A program made the position numbers and the translations under genes. Under the pieces are notes generated by a model that was not told the origin of the DNA, did not search any database, and saw only the letters and a program-made list of their open reading frames with translations. From assembly GCA_007117735.1 (NCBI GenBank), contig SKGA01000030.1, positions 1-45,121 of the forward strand: a stretch of DNA of 45,121 bases. Direction: 5' to 3'. Source of the stretch: Candidatus Woesearchaeota archaeon (lineage in GTDB: Archaea > Nanobdellota > Nanobdellia > Woesearchaeales > SKGA01). This document shows positions 1 through 6,919 of this stretch, piece after piece. How positions within the stretch are numbered: the first letter of the stretch is position 1; every line of letters begins with the position of its first letter.

Positions 1-260
1 GAGAAAGAAAAACCACACCCACTACCTTTTTTATGAGCGTCAATCGCCACAGAAAGAGAAATGTCAAGAGCATCATCAGAAAGAAGAATACCTGTATCAG
101 AAGCAACAGCACCTCCATTCATGAAAAAAGGAGAAGCAGGAATAAGTTCACGAGCAAAAATACGATCAGACACTTCTTTTGAACCACGAGCAACACGGAG
201 TATCGCCTGATCAAGAGACTCATCAGAACACGTATAATATTTAAGAACTCGCTTATCCAT
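1..260 (-). CDS. Ribonucleotide reductase-like protein, N-terminal fragment (probably class II type); continues beyond window start
   Basis: An ATG at 258-260 (minus strand) opens a frame that stays open to base 1. It reads MDKRVLKYYTCSDES...PASPFFMNGGAV...DAHKKGSGCGFSF. The SPxxMNxG and GxGxGFSF blocks resemble the N-terminal signature blocks of RNR large chains. It is truncated and therefore absent from the ORF track. Confidence 0.45.
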   Translation of the reverse strand, partial: MDKRVLKYYTCSDESLDQAILRVARGSKEVSDRIFARELIPASPFFMNGGAVASDTGILLSDDALDISLSVAIDAHKKGSGCGFSF

Positions 261-267
261 AGGACTC

Positions 268-1008
268 TTAATCGTTATCAACACGAGGAGCAAGAATAAA
301 ACTCATATCAACATGATCTTGCACCGTGTATTCTAGACGGAGAGGATAATCTTTACTAAACTTAATTATGACTTTGTCAGAAAGTTTTGAACCCTGCATC
401 ATTTTTTTCAAGTACTCAATAGAATACTTTGCCTGAGCAGACTCATCAGAACACGTAACACTCGTAACGGTATCAGTAGGAATATCAACAGTTGCCTTAC
501 TTAAGTCACCTTTAGAACTTACCGTGAATAAATTTTCAGAAGCAGAGAAGCTTACACTTTCACCAACAACATCAACATCATCAACCGCATCATTAAACAC
601 GGAAGAAGACGTGTTCACTGTAACAGCGAAAGAAAGACTAGGAACTTTTTGAGAAGAATCCTCAGCCTCAATTAGCGGTAAGTGGAACACTCTCTTAGAA
701 GCGCTTTGTAAAGTGATTTGTAACGTGTTCTCATCAAGTTCTAAAGTTAAGGTGTCAGAAGATTTAATCCGACGAAGAACTTGTTTTAAGTTATTGAGAT
801 TAATAGTGAAAGAAGAAGCATCGGTCTTTTCATACGTGGTGAAAGAAGAAGCGAGTAAGCTAAAGGAAACCATCGCCACATTAGCAGGATCCATTGCTAC
901 AACATCTAAGGAATTTTCTTCGATACGAAACGTCGCTTCAGTTACGATATCAGAAATAATAGTTACGCCATCTTTAAAATATTTAGGATTGGAAAGAGTT
1001 AATTTCAT
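268..1008 (-). CDS. pcn: DNA polymerase sliding clamp (PCNA)
   Basis: The 246-aa length and two-domain layout are typical of archaeal PCNA. The N-terminus reads MKLTL..FKDGVTIISDIVTEATFRIEENSLDVVAMDPANVAMVSFSL and the C-terminus is acidic. Confidence 0.9.
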   Translation of the reverse strand: MKLTLSNPKYFKDGVTIISDIVTEATFRIEENSLDVVAMDPANVAMVSFSLLASSFTTYEKTDASSFTINLNNLKQVLRRIKSSDTLTLELDENTLQITLQSASKRVFHLPLIEAEDSSQKVPSLSFAVTVNTSSSVFNDAVDDVDVVGESVSFSASENLFTVSSKGDLSKATVDIPTDTVTSVTCSDESAQAKYSIEYLKKMMQGSKLSDKVIIKFSKDYPLRLEYTVQDHVDMSFILAPRVDND

Positions 1009-1030
1009 ACTTGAAGTGAAAGCAAAGAAG

Positions 1031-1040
1031 ATATATAAAC
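1031..1040 (-). promoter_or_regulatory. TATA-like box for pcn (likely leaderless mRNA)
   Basis: The reverse complement GTTTATATAT is centred about 27 nt upstream of the pcn ATG, inside a 33-nt intergenic gap. Confidence 0.4.
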
Positions 1041-1041
1041 C

Positions 1042-2325
1042 TTATGTTCGAGAAAAAGAAAAGGTTTCAAAAAGACGAATATCAACAAGTTTTTCTTTAT
1101 CAACAAAAGACTTAAACGCTTCCAAACCACGAGACTCAGCATGAGCAGGAAGAATCATCGCAGGATTTAACCACTCGATAACCTCTTTATGATCTTGAGC
1201 ATGAGCATGGCCTGTTGCATGAACATCCTTATAGACTGAAACACCCTTCTCCTCGAGTTTCTGTTCGAGAACAGCCCGTGCTTCACGAGTAAGAGGAGTG
1301 GGAATGACACGACAAGAAAAAATCACCGCATCATCACGAGTAAACTGAAACAACCCATCAGCCATACGAGAAAGAACAGCCTTAGGCTCACCCTGATGAC
1401 CAGTCACCATGAAGAAATATTTTTCAGGAGTACGACATTTTGAAAGAAACGAATCAATTTGACGACGATACACTAAAGACTTTACATCCTGAGGGAAAAA
1501 ATCTTTGGCAGCAGCGACATACTTTGCCAAGCTTCGACCAACAAAAACAGGTTCACGACCAAGTTGTTTTGCCAAATCAAGAGCGGAACGTAAACGACTC
1601 AACTGAGAAGAAAACGTGGAAAAAACAATCGCACGTTTTTTATCAAGCTCAGGAGCAAGAGCTAACACTTCATCACGAGCAGCACGCTCAGAAGGAGCAT
1701 AACCAGGAAGATGAGCGTTTAACGTATCAAGAATAAGAAGAGAAGGAGACAAGTCTTTTAAGCGAGCAACATCAGTAGGTTTTTCAAAGACAGGATCAGT
1801 ATCGTTTTTATAATCATTCAAATATAACACCGTGCCATCATTTGGAGTATGAATAGCAATACCAACCGTTTGAGGAGTCGAATGCGCTACATGAATAAAC
1901 TCAACAGAAATACCTGCAACAAAAAAAGTTGAGCCAGCATCTTGAGGACGACAATCAACAGATGTTCGCTCCGCGAGCGCACGAATAACATTACACGTAA
2001 AAGGAGTTGCATATAATGGACATTTTAAACGCTTCATAATGTAGGGAATTGCCCCGACATGATCAAGATGAGCATGAGAAATACACGCGCCAACAATATT
2101 TTTTTTGTTAAGAGAGAAAAAACGAGCTTCAGGAATCGCCTTCGCGCGAGAAAGTTTTCGAAACAAATGCTTCTTTTCAGCCAAATCATCCTGAGTTACT
2201 TCAATATACCGTTCAAGATGAACACCCATATCAAGAATAATGATTTTACCATCAACATCAACAGCGATGCAATTTCGACCGACTTCTCCACCAAAACCTC
2301 CTAGAGGCGTTACTTTTACTACCAT
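1042..2325 (-). CDS. Metallo-beta-lactamase / beta-CASP ribonuclease, archaeal RNase J-like
   Basis: Contains the ISHAHLDHVGAIPY metallo-beta-lactamase motif, an N-terminus MVVKVTPLGGFGGEVGRNCIAV..ILDMGVH and a C-terminal HATGHA block. I moved the start to the ATG at 2325 because the longer tracked ORF (to 2391) reads through the tRNA gene. Confidence 0.75.
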   Translation of the reverse strand: MVVKVTPLGGFGGEVGRNCIAVDVDGKIIILDMGVHLERYIEVTQDDLAEKKHLFRKLSRAKAIPEARFFSLNKKNIVGACISHAHLDHVGAIPYIMKRLKCPLYATPFTCNVIRALAERTSVDCRPQDAGSTFFVAGISVEFIHVAHSTPQTVGIAIHTPNDGTVLYLNDYKNDTDPVFEKPTDVARLKDLSPSLLILDTLNAHLPGYAPSERAARDEVLALAPELDKKRAIVFSTFSSQLSRLRSALDLAKQLGREPVFVGRSLAKYVAAAKDFFPQDVKSLVYRRQIDSFLSKCRTPEKYFFMVTGHQGEPKAVLSRMADGLFQFTRDDAVIFSCRVIPTPLTREARAVLEQKLEEKGVSVYKDVHATGHAHAQDHKEVIEWLNPAMILPAHAESRGLEAFKSFVDKEKLVDIRLFETFSFSRT

Positions 2326-2335
2326 TTTAAATTGA

Positions 2336-2461
2336 TGCAGGAAAAGGGATTCGAACCCCTGTAGGCATAAGCCAATGGATTGCTCAGTCATTGCTTCAAA
2401 AGAAGCTCATCACTCAAAAAACACTTGAGTCCATCCCGTTTGACCGCTCCGGCATTCCTGC
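2336..2461 (-). tRNA. tRNA-Leu(CAA) with a 43-nt intron at the canonical 37/38 position
   Basis: The reverse complement folds as GCAGGAA-TG-CCG GAGCGGTCAAA CGG-G-ATGGA-CTCAAG|intron|A-TCCAT-TGGCTTATGCCTAC-AGGGG-TTCGAAT-CCCTT-TTCCTGC-A. It has a perfect 7-bp acceptor stem, U33, G37, a long variable arm (type II) and a GTTCGAATC T-loop. No CCA is encoded. Confidence 0.85.
2381..2423 (-). other. tRNA intron (bulge-helix-bulge substrate)
   Basis: Exon nt 32-35 (CUCA) pair with the intron sequence UGAG. They are flanked by 3-nt bulges AG|U and CA|A, with both cuts after the second bulge nt. This is the canonical hBHBh' geometry for the archaeal splicing endonuclease. Confidence 0.7.
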
Positions 2462-2486
2462 AATACAAAAGAAAAGAAAGAAAGAA

Positions 2487-2498
2487 TTATTTAAAAAG
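2487..2498 (-). promoter_or_regulatory. TATA-like box for tRNA-Leu
   Basis: The reverse complement CTTTTTAAATAA is centred about 30 nt upstream of tRNA position 1. Confidence 0.4.
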
Positions 2499-2502
2499 AT
2501 GT

Positions 2503-2877
2503 TTATTTCAACTTTGCAAGTTTTGCTTCAATAGCCTGTAAAGCCTTATCCAACTTATCAACATCAGAAGCAGGAAGAGAAAAGGAATGAGGCTTTTCTA
2601 CTTCATGACCATGCTCAGCAGGAGGAAGCGTTTTTCTACGAGTAGCTTCTTCTTCAAGAAGTTCTTGATGAGGAAGAGAATCACGTAACGCATGAATCGT
2701 CTCAGAAACATCAGCAATTTGACGATATAAAGTTTCTTTTAAGTCATCCTTTGCTTGCACAAGCTCACGGAGACGGAGTTGAATTTTACTCGCGAGTAAA
2801 ACCTCCTTAGATGAAGCTAATAAATGAGCATGAGTTTTATTTTTGTCAGTAATTTTAACAAAATAAGAATCACTCAT
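2503..2877 (-). CDS. Hypothetical coiled-coil protein (124 aa), third gene of a coupled trio
   Basis: Long clean ORF with a GAGGT Shine-Dalgarno site 6 nt upstream of the ATG. Its start overlaps the upstream gene by 8 nt. Heptad-like helical sequence. No family recognised. Confidence 0.6.
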   Translation of the reverse strand: MSDSYFVKITDKNKTHAHLLASSKEVLLASKIQLRLRELVQAKDDLKETLYRQIADVSETIHALRDSLPHQELLEEEATRRKTLPPAEHGHEVEKPHSFSLPASDVDKLDKALQAIEAKLAKLK

Positions 2878-3097
2878 TGTCTACCTCGAATAATGTTTTA
2901 TCGACAGTTGCTAAATTATCGTGAACCGCATGTAAATGTTTTTTCCACATGATTAATTCTTGATCTTCTTTTTCTCGAAGAGCAGTCAACTCATCAAGCG
3001 TACCTTGCACGCCCTCAAGCTGTTGTTTTAATTCATCAATTAAATCGAGAACTTCTCGATAATTATCAATTTTAATAAATACTGAAGATTTTCCCAT
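2870..3097 (-). CDS. Hypothetical coiled-coil protein (75 aa), second gene of trio
   Basis: The tracked ORF starts at a GTG (3106). The ATG at 3097 is preceded by AGGTGAT-N4, so I prefer it. The sequence reads MGKSSVFIKIDNYREVLDLIDELKQQLEG... and is helical throughout. Confidence 0.55.
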   Translation of the reverse strand: MGKSSVFIKIDNYREVLDLIDELKQQLEGVQGTLDELTALREKEDQELIMWKKHLHAVHDNLATVDKTLFEVDNE

Positions 3098-3102
3098 AAC
3101 TA

Positions 3103-3855
3103 TCACCTTTCAAAATACTCCTCAATTTCAAGAAGTTTTGCTTGAACATTTAATTGTTGATCTATAATTTTTTGAACTAGATCGGCCTGATTGTCAATCG
3201 AAGCTTTTGCAAATAACAACTCTTCATCAAGTTTTTTATCAATAACTTCCAAAGTATGAAGAATATCAACATAAGACTGTTTTTCAATAAACAATTCATC
3301 ATCAGCTAAACGAGAAACATGTTTCTCTTTGGAAGGAGCAGGAGCCTCGAAAAAAGAAGGTTCAGAAGGAACAGAACGTTCACTCGAGAAAAGAGAGTCT
3401 TTTGATTCTTGAGAAGAAACAGGAACCTCAACATCAGCATCATTATTATCCACTTCGTTAAAAGCAGGATCGACATCATTCTCTTGATTTTGAGAAATAT
3501 TAATTTCAGTTTCAATTTCAGTTTCAGGAAGATCATTTTGAAAACTAGATGAATCTTGTTCATCCACTGCAAGAGCATCATCTTCTGGAAGAGAAGAAAC
3601 AGGTTCTTGAGACAACTCGTTGACAGGACCATCTTCTACATTTTTTTGAATAGTATCTAAAGGAGGAAGATCATCAGGAATCTCAGGATGAGTATCAGAT
3701 TGAACAGCTTCTTGATTCTGAATTGGTTGAGTTGATACGTCTAACGAACTTGAAGAATCCCCATCTTTTTCATCAAAAGAAGGAATAGGCGGAAGATCAT
3801 CAAGAGAAGAAACATCGCTTTTTTTCTTTTTAAAATTAAATAAACCCATACTCAA
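3103..3855 (-). CDS. Hypothetical acidic protein (250 aa): N-terminal amphipathic/basic peptide, long acidic low-complexity linker, C-terminal coiled coil
   Basis: Starts MSMGLFNFKKKK, followed by about 170 aa rich in D/E/S/P/Q with repeated DDLPP(I/L) motifs. The C-terminus reads ELFIEKQSYVDILHTLEVIDKKL.... First gene of the trio. Confidence 0.6.
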   Translation of the reverse strand: MSMGLFNFKKKKSDVSSLDDLPPIPSFDEKDGDSSSSLDVSTQPIQNQEAVQSDTHPEIPDDLPPLDTIQKNVEDGPVNELSQEPVSSLPEDDALAVDEQDSSSFQNDLPETEIETEINISQNQENDVDPAFNEVDNNDADVEVPVSSQESKDSLFSSERSVPSEPSFFEAPAPSKEKHVSRLADDELFIEKQSYVDILHTLEVIDKKLDEELLFAKASIDNQADLVQKIIDQQLNVQAKLLEIEEYFER

Positions 3856-3951
3856 ACCTCTTTATAAAAAATCTTTGAGCTACAATAGTTTAAAAAACTT
3901 ACTCACCACTCTTAAAAAGTAAACGAAATATTTTCGGAAAAGAAACACATA

Positions 3952-3960
3952 CCTATAAAG
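3952..3960 (+). promoter_or_regulatory. TATA-like box for the surface-protein gene (leaderless)
   Basis: CCTATAAAG is centred 28 nt upstream of the ATG at 3984. Confidence 0.35.
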
Positions 3961-3983
3961 CACACTACAACGATAAACAATAC

Positions 3984-5354
3984 ATGAAATATGTACTTAT
4001 CATCACGGTATGCATCCTTGCACTCCCCCTCGTACAAGGAACTGTTGAAGTAGATTATCAAGGAGAACGACTCGAATTTCAATTAACTATTGAAGATGCG
4101 TGCACACCAACGCCAAACGCGTTTCGCATTGAACGACTTAATCACTATACAGGAATAGAACCACTCACCATAACTTATACTTTAGAACAAAACAATTATA
4201 CAGAAACCATCAGCAGAACAATAAATCGATTTACTGGAACAGGAACAGGAACGTACAAAGCAACAAACAGTACAGTATACATTCATATTGAAAATACGAC
4301 ACTTACTTGGGAAAACACGTGCGGAGTTGAAGAAGAAATAATCATTACGTGTCCACAAGAATTTATTGTAGAAACAAATGAAAACATTTTTTTACCGCGA
4401 GAACAAGTACGCCTCTATTTTTCAAGCGATACTAGTAACAACTACGAAATAGATTACGGTATAGAAACACTCCATGGAACCATTAGAAAACCCTACCTTA
4501 CCACCACAAATATGCAACCAAAACACTACACCATACCCGCATCACTCCAAGAAGAAGCGCTTATTATTCGAGCAACCCTTCAAGAAAACGACTGTCCACC
4601 CTTGACAACAACAAAAGTTATTGGTATACAACAAGAGAATGAAGAAGAAAAACAAGAAGAAGCACATATTTCATTACGAACAGAACATACAACGCAAGGA
4701 ATACGAGTACACCTCAAACCAGAACACATGACACAAATAACTAATTTACGAATTAGAGATATGAACGGAACAACCATCACTCAGCCACTACGAATACGAC
4801 CAACAGGAGAAGTTGAACTAGAAATTCCTACTACAAACTACCCAGCATTAGTACGTGTACAAGCACACTCGCGAGATCATTTTATTGAAGAATACGTACA
4901 CATCCCTCAAGAAGAAAAAAGCACCACACTCAACCTTATCCGCACCTATACCCGACAACAATACGTAGATGAAACGCTACGATGGTATGTTCGAGTCAAC
5001 AGCCAAGGAGCACATGCGATTAAAGTAGAAACGCCGCTTGAAAATCAAACACAATTTTTCCAAACAGGAAAAGAACACACTGTTGCATTTCACCTACAAG
5101 CACAAACAGAACTAAACATTACTACGTACCTCAAAAATGAAGAAGAAATAAAGAAAAATACTACCACACTCTACCTTCAAGAGCGAGCCGCACCTGTTCT
5201 CGTCCCGCGGGAAAATCTCAGCACCATCACGCCGCTGCCAACAGGACGAGTTGTTGAGGAAATTAACGCCCCGGGAAGCAATCCTTGGCCTGTTTTAGGC
5301 GGTTTTCTCGCTCTTGGAGGCCTCATTTTTCTTATACGCAAGAAAGGTTTATAA
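3984..5354 (+). CDS. Secreted / cell-surface protein with N-terminal signal peptide and C-terminal membrane anchor; probable glycoprotein
   Basis: Signal-like N-terminus MKYVLIITVCILALPLVQG. At least 8 N-x-S/T sequons (NYT, NST, NTT, NGT, NQT, NIT, NTT, NLS). The C-terminus PVLGGFLALGGLIFLIRKKGL is a TM helix plus a basic tail. Confidence 0.7.
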   Translation: MKYVLIITVCILALPLVQGTVEVDYQGERLEFQLTIEDACTPTPNAFRIERLNHYTGIEPLTITYTLEQNNYTETISRTINRFTGTGTGTYKATNSTVYIHIENTTLTWENTCGVEEEIIITCPQEFIVETNENIFLPREQVRLYFSSDTSNNYEIDYGIETLHGTIRKPYLTTTNMQPKHYTIPASLQEEALIIRATLQENDCPPLTTTKVIGIQQENEEEKQEEAHISLRTEHTTQGIRVHLKPEHMTQITNLRIRDMNGTTITQPLRIRPTGEVELEIPTTNYPALVRVQAHSRDHFIEEYVHIPQEEKSTTLNLIRTYTRQQYVDETLRWYVRVNSQGAHAIKVETPLENQTQFFQTGKEHTVAFHLQAQTELNITTYLKNEEEIKKNTTTLYLQERAAPVLVPRENLSTITPLPTGRVVEEINAPGSNPWPVLGGFLALGGLIFLIRKKGL

Positions 5355-5393
5355 ACCAGTGAAAACCCACACTATAAGTGTGGTTGATATTAC

Positions 5394-5984
5394 ATGAAAG
5401 CAAAAGAAATTGAACAAAAAATTGATGAAGGACATTTACGAGTAAATGTTATTTTTGAGCTCGTAGGAAAACCACGAGAACACGTAGAACAAACCATTAA
5501 AGCATACGTGGAGAACGTAAGTACACAAGAAGGAGTACATCTGTTAAGTCAAGAAATAGACGATGTAGATGAACTTGAAGAAGGTGTATTTAGCACCATT
5601 GCAGAAACAGAACTCCTTGTAGAAAATATTGAAAAACTTACCTGGTTAGCGTTTAATTTTTCACCAGCATCCATTGAACTTCTTGAACCAGAAGAAATCG
5701 CACTCGACCAACGACAAACAACAATGTGGTTAAATGATATGCTTGCAAAACTTCACGAAGTAGGAATGATGCAAAAAAACATGCAAGGCCAACAAGACGT
5801 GTTAATAAAAAACTTTAATGCAATGACAAGAAACGCAATCTTACTTGCAACAAAAGAAACAAATGAAATTGAAGAAATAGGGAAAAAAGTAGGCCTTGAA
5901 GAAGTCCATGTCAAAAAATTCTTAGACGCACTTGAAAAAGAAAATAAAATTCGAGAGGAAAAAGGAAAGTACTACTTAAAATGA
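5394..5984 (+). CDS. Hypothetical protein (196 aa) with C-terminal winged-helix-like segment; sits where scpA normally lies
   Basis: Clean ORF whose stop overlaps the scpB start (ATGA). The C-terminus EIEEIGKKVGLEEVHVKKFLDALEKENKIREEKGKYYLK looks like a wHTH. I could see no ScpA signature. Confidence 0.55.
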   Translation: MKAKEIEQKIDEGHLRVNVIFELVGKPREHVEQTIKAYVENVSTQEGVHLLSQEIDDVDELEEGVFSTIAETELLVENIEKLTWLAFNFSPASIELLEPEEIALDQRQTTMWLNDMLAKLHEVGMMQKNMQGQQDVLIKNFNAMTRNAILLATKETNEIEEIGKKVGLEEVHVKKFLDALEKENKIREEKGKYYLK

Positions 5985-6760
5985 AAGATTTGACCAAACA
6001 AATCGAAGCAATCCTATACGCTTCAGGAAAAGGAGTAAGCGAAACACAACTCGCAACCTACTGTGAAGAAAAACCTCGTGCAATAAAAAAAGCATTGCAA
6101 GAACTGCAAGAAGCATACGAGGCGTTTGATAGCAGTCTTACTATCGGCCAATACCAAGACCGATGGAAATTAACCGTACGAAGTAAGTACAGTCCCTACA
6201 TTCAAAAAATTGTGAGTGAAACAGAATTTTCACCAGCACTTCTCAAAACACTAGCAGTAATCGCCTACAAAAGTCCAGTACTCCAAGCAGATGTTATCTC
6301 AATGAGAGGACAAAGTGGATATGATCACATCAAAGTGCTAGTAAAAGAAAAATTTGTAACAAAAGAAGATGCAGGACGAAGTTACCTTCTTAAAATCACA
6401 GAAAAATTCTACAACTATTTTGACGTAGAAGGTGATGAAGAAATTAGAGAAGTATTCGCAGCATTAAAAACACAACAAGAACGATTACAAGCAATCGAAG
6501 AAGAACTACGAGAATCACAACAAAAACTTGGAGATTTAGAAGTAGTCGATGCTGAAGAAAAAGAACATGAAGAATTGTTTGAAACAGAAAAACAAGAACC
6601 TATTCGAAAAGAAAAAAGTCCTGAAGAAAAAGAAGTTGAACAAAATTTCCTCAGCGATATTGATAAACGAATAGAAGAACTTTCAGCACGAGTTGGCGAA
6701 CAACAACTGCCAGAACGAAAGAAAGAAGAAGAACAAGAAAAAGAAGAGGAGTATCTATAA
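5981..6760 (+). CDS. scpB: Segregation and condensation protein B (ScpB)-like, with long charged C-terminal tail
   Basis: Contains IEAILYASGKGVSETQLA... and LLKTLAVIAYKSPVLQADVISMRGQSGYDHIKVLVEKFV, which match the two winged-helix repeats of ScpB. The last ~95 aa are an E/K-rich low-complexity tail. Confidence 0.75.
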   Translation: MKDLTKQIEAILYASGKGVSETQLATYCEEKPRAIKKALQELQEAYEAFDSSLTIGQYQDRWKLTVRSKYSPYIQKIVSETEFSPALLKTLAVIAYKSPVLQADVISMRGQSGYDHIKVLVKEKFVTKEDAGRSYLLKITEKFYNYFDVEGDEEIREVFAALKTQQERLQAIEEELRESQQKLGDLEVVDAEEKEHEELFETEKQEPIRKEKSPEEKEVEQNFLSDIDKRIEELSARVGEQQLPERKKEEEQEKEEEYL

Positions 6761-6907
6761 ATGCTATTACTTGTTCGCTGCACACATTGTCGGCAAACCA
6801 TGAACGTACAACCGAGAGGAGAAGTTATTGGAAAAGTAAAGCGATGCGTGTACTGTGGAAAAAGTTTCACTATACGAAGAGAAACTATTGAAAAAAAACT
6901 ATCGTGA
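6761..6907 (+). CDS. Small zinc-ribbon protein (48 aa), not in ORF track
   Basis: The ATG directly abuts the scpB stop. Sequence: MLLLVRCTHCRQTMNVQPRGEVIGKVKRCVYCGKSFTIRRETIEKKLS. It has two CxxC pairs 18 residues apart. The stop lies 12 nt before gyrA. Confidence 0.6.
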   Translation: MLLLVRCTHCRQTMNVQPRGEVIGKVKRCVYCGKSFTIRRETIEKKLS

Positions 6908-6919
6908 GGAAACATAAAA

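Noticed and set aside
2326-2391. A 22-codon N-terminal extension of the RNase J-like ORF (the tracked start at 2391).
   Set aside because: The extension is simply the translation of the tRNA-Leu gene (intron and 3' exon) on the same strand. The conserved N-terminus MVVKVTPLGG starts at the ATG at 2325.
2381-2423. The tRNA-Leu intron as a bona fide box C/D guide sRNA.
   Set aside because: Only one C-like and one D-like box are present, 19 nt apart, with no C'/D' pair. The CUGA is part of the BHB central helix. I found no 10-12 nt complementarity to the tRNA. I kept it only as a low-confidence note within the tRNA finding.
3306-3632. A 108-aa same-strand alternative-frame ORF inside the acidic 250-aa gene.
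   Set aside because: It is a frame-shifted reading of a GA/TC-rich low-complexity region. Its hydrophobic L/K/F composition is typical of spurious ORFs in AT-rich DNA.
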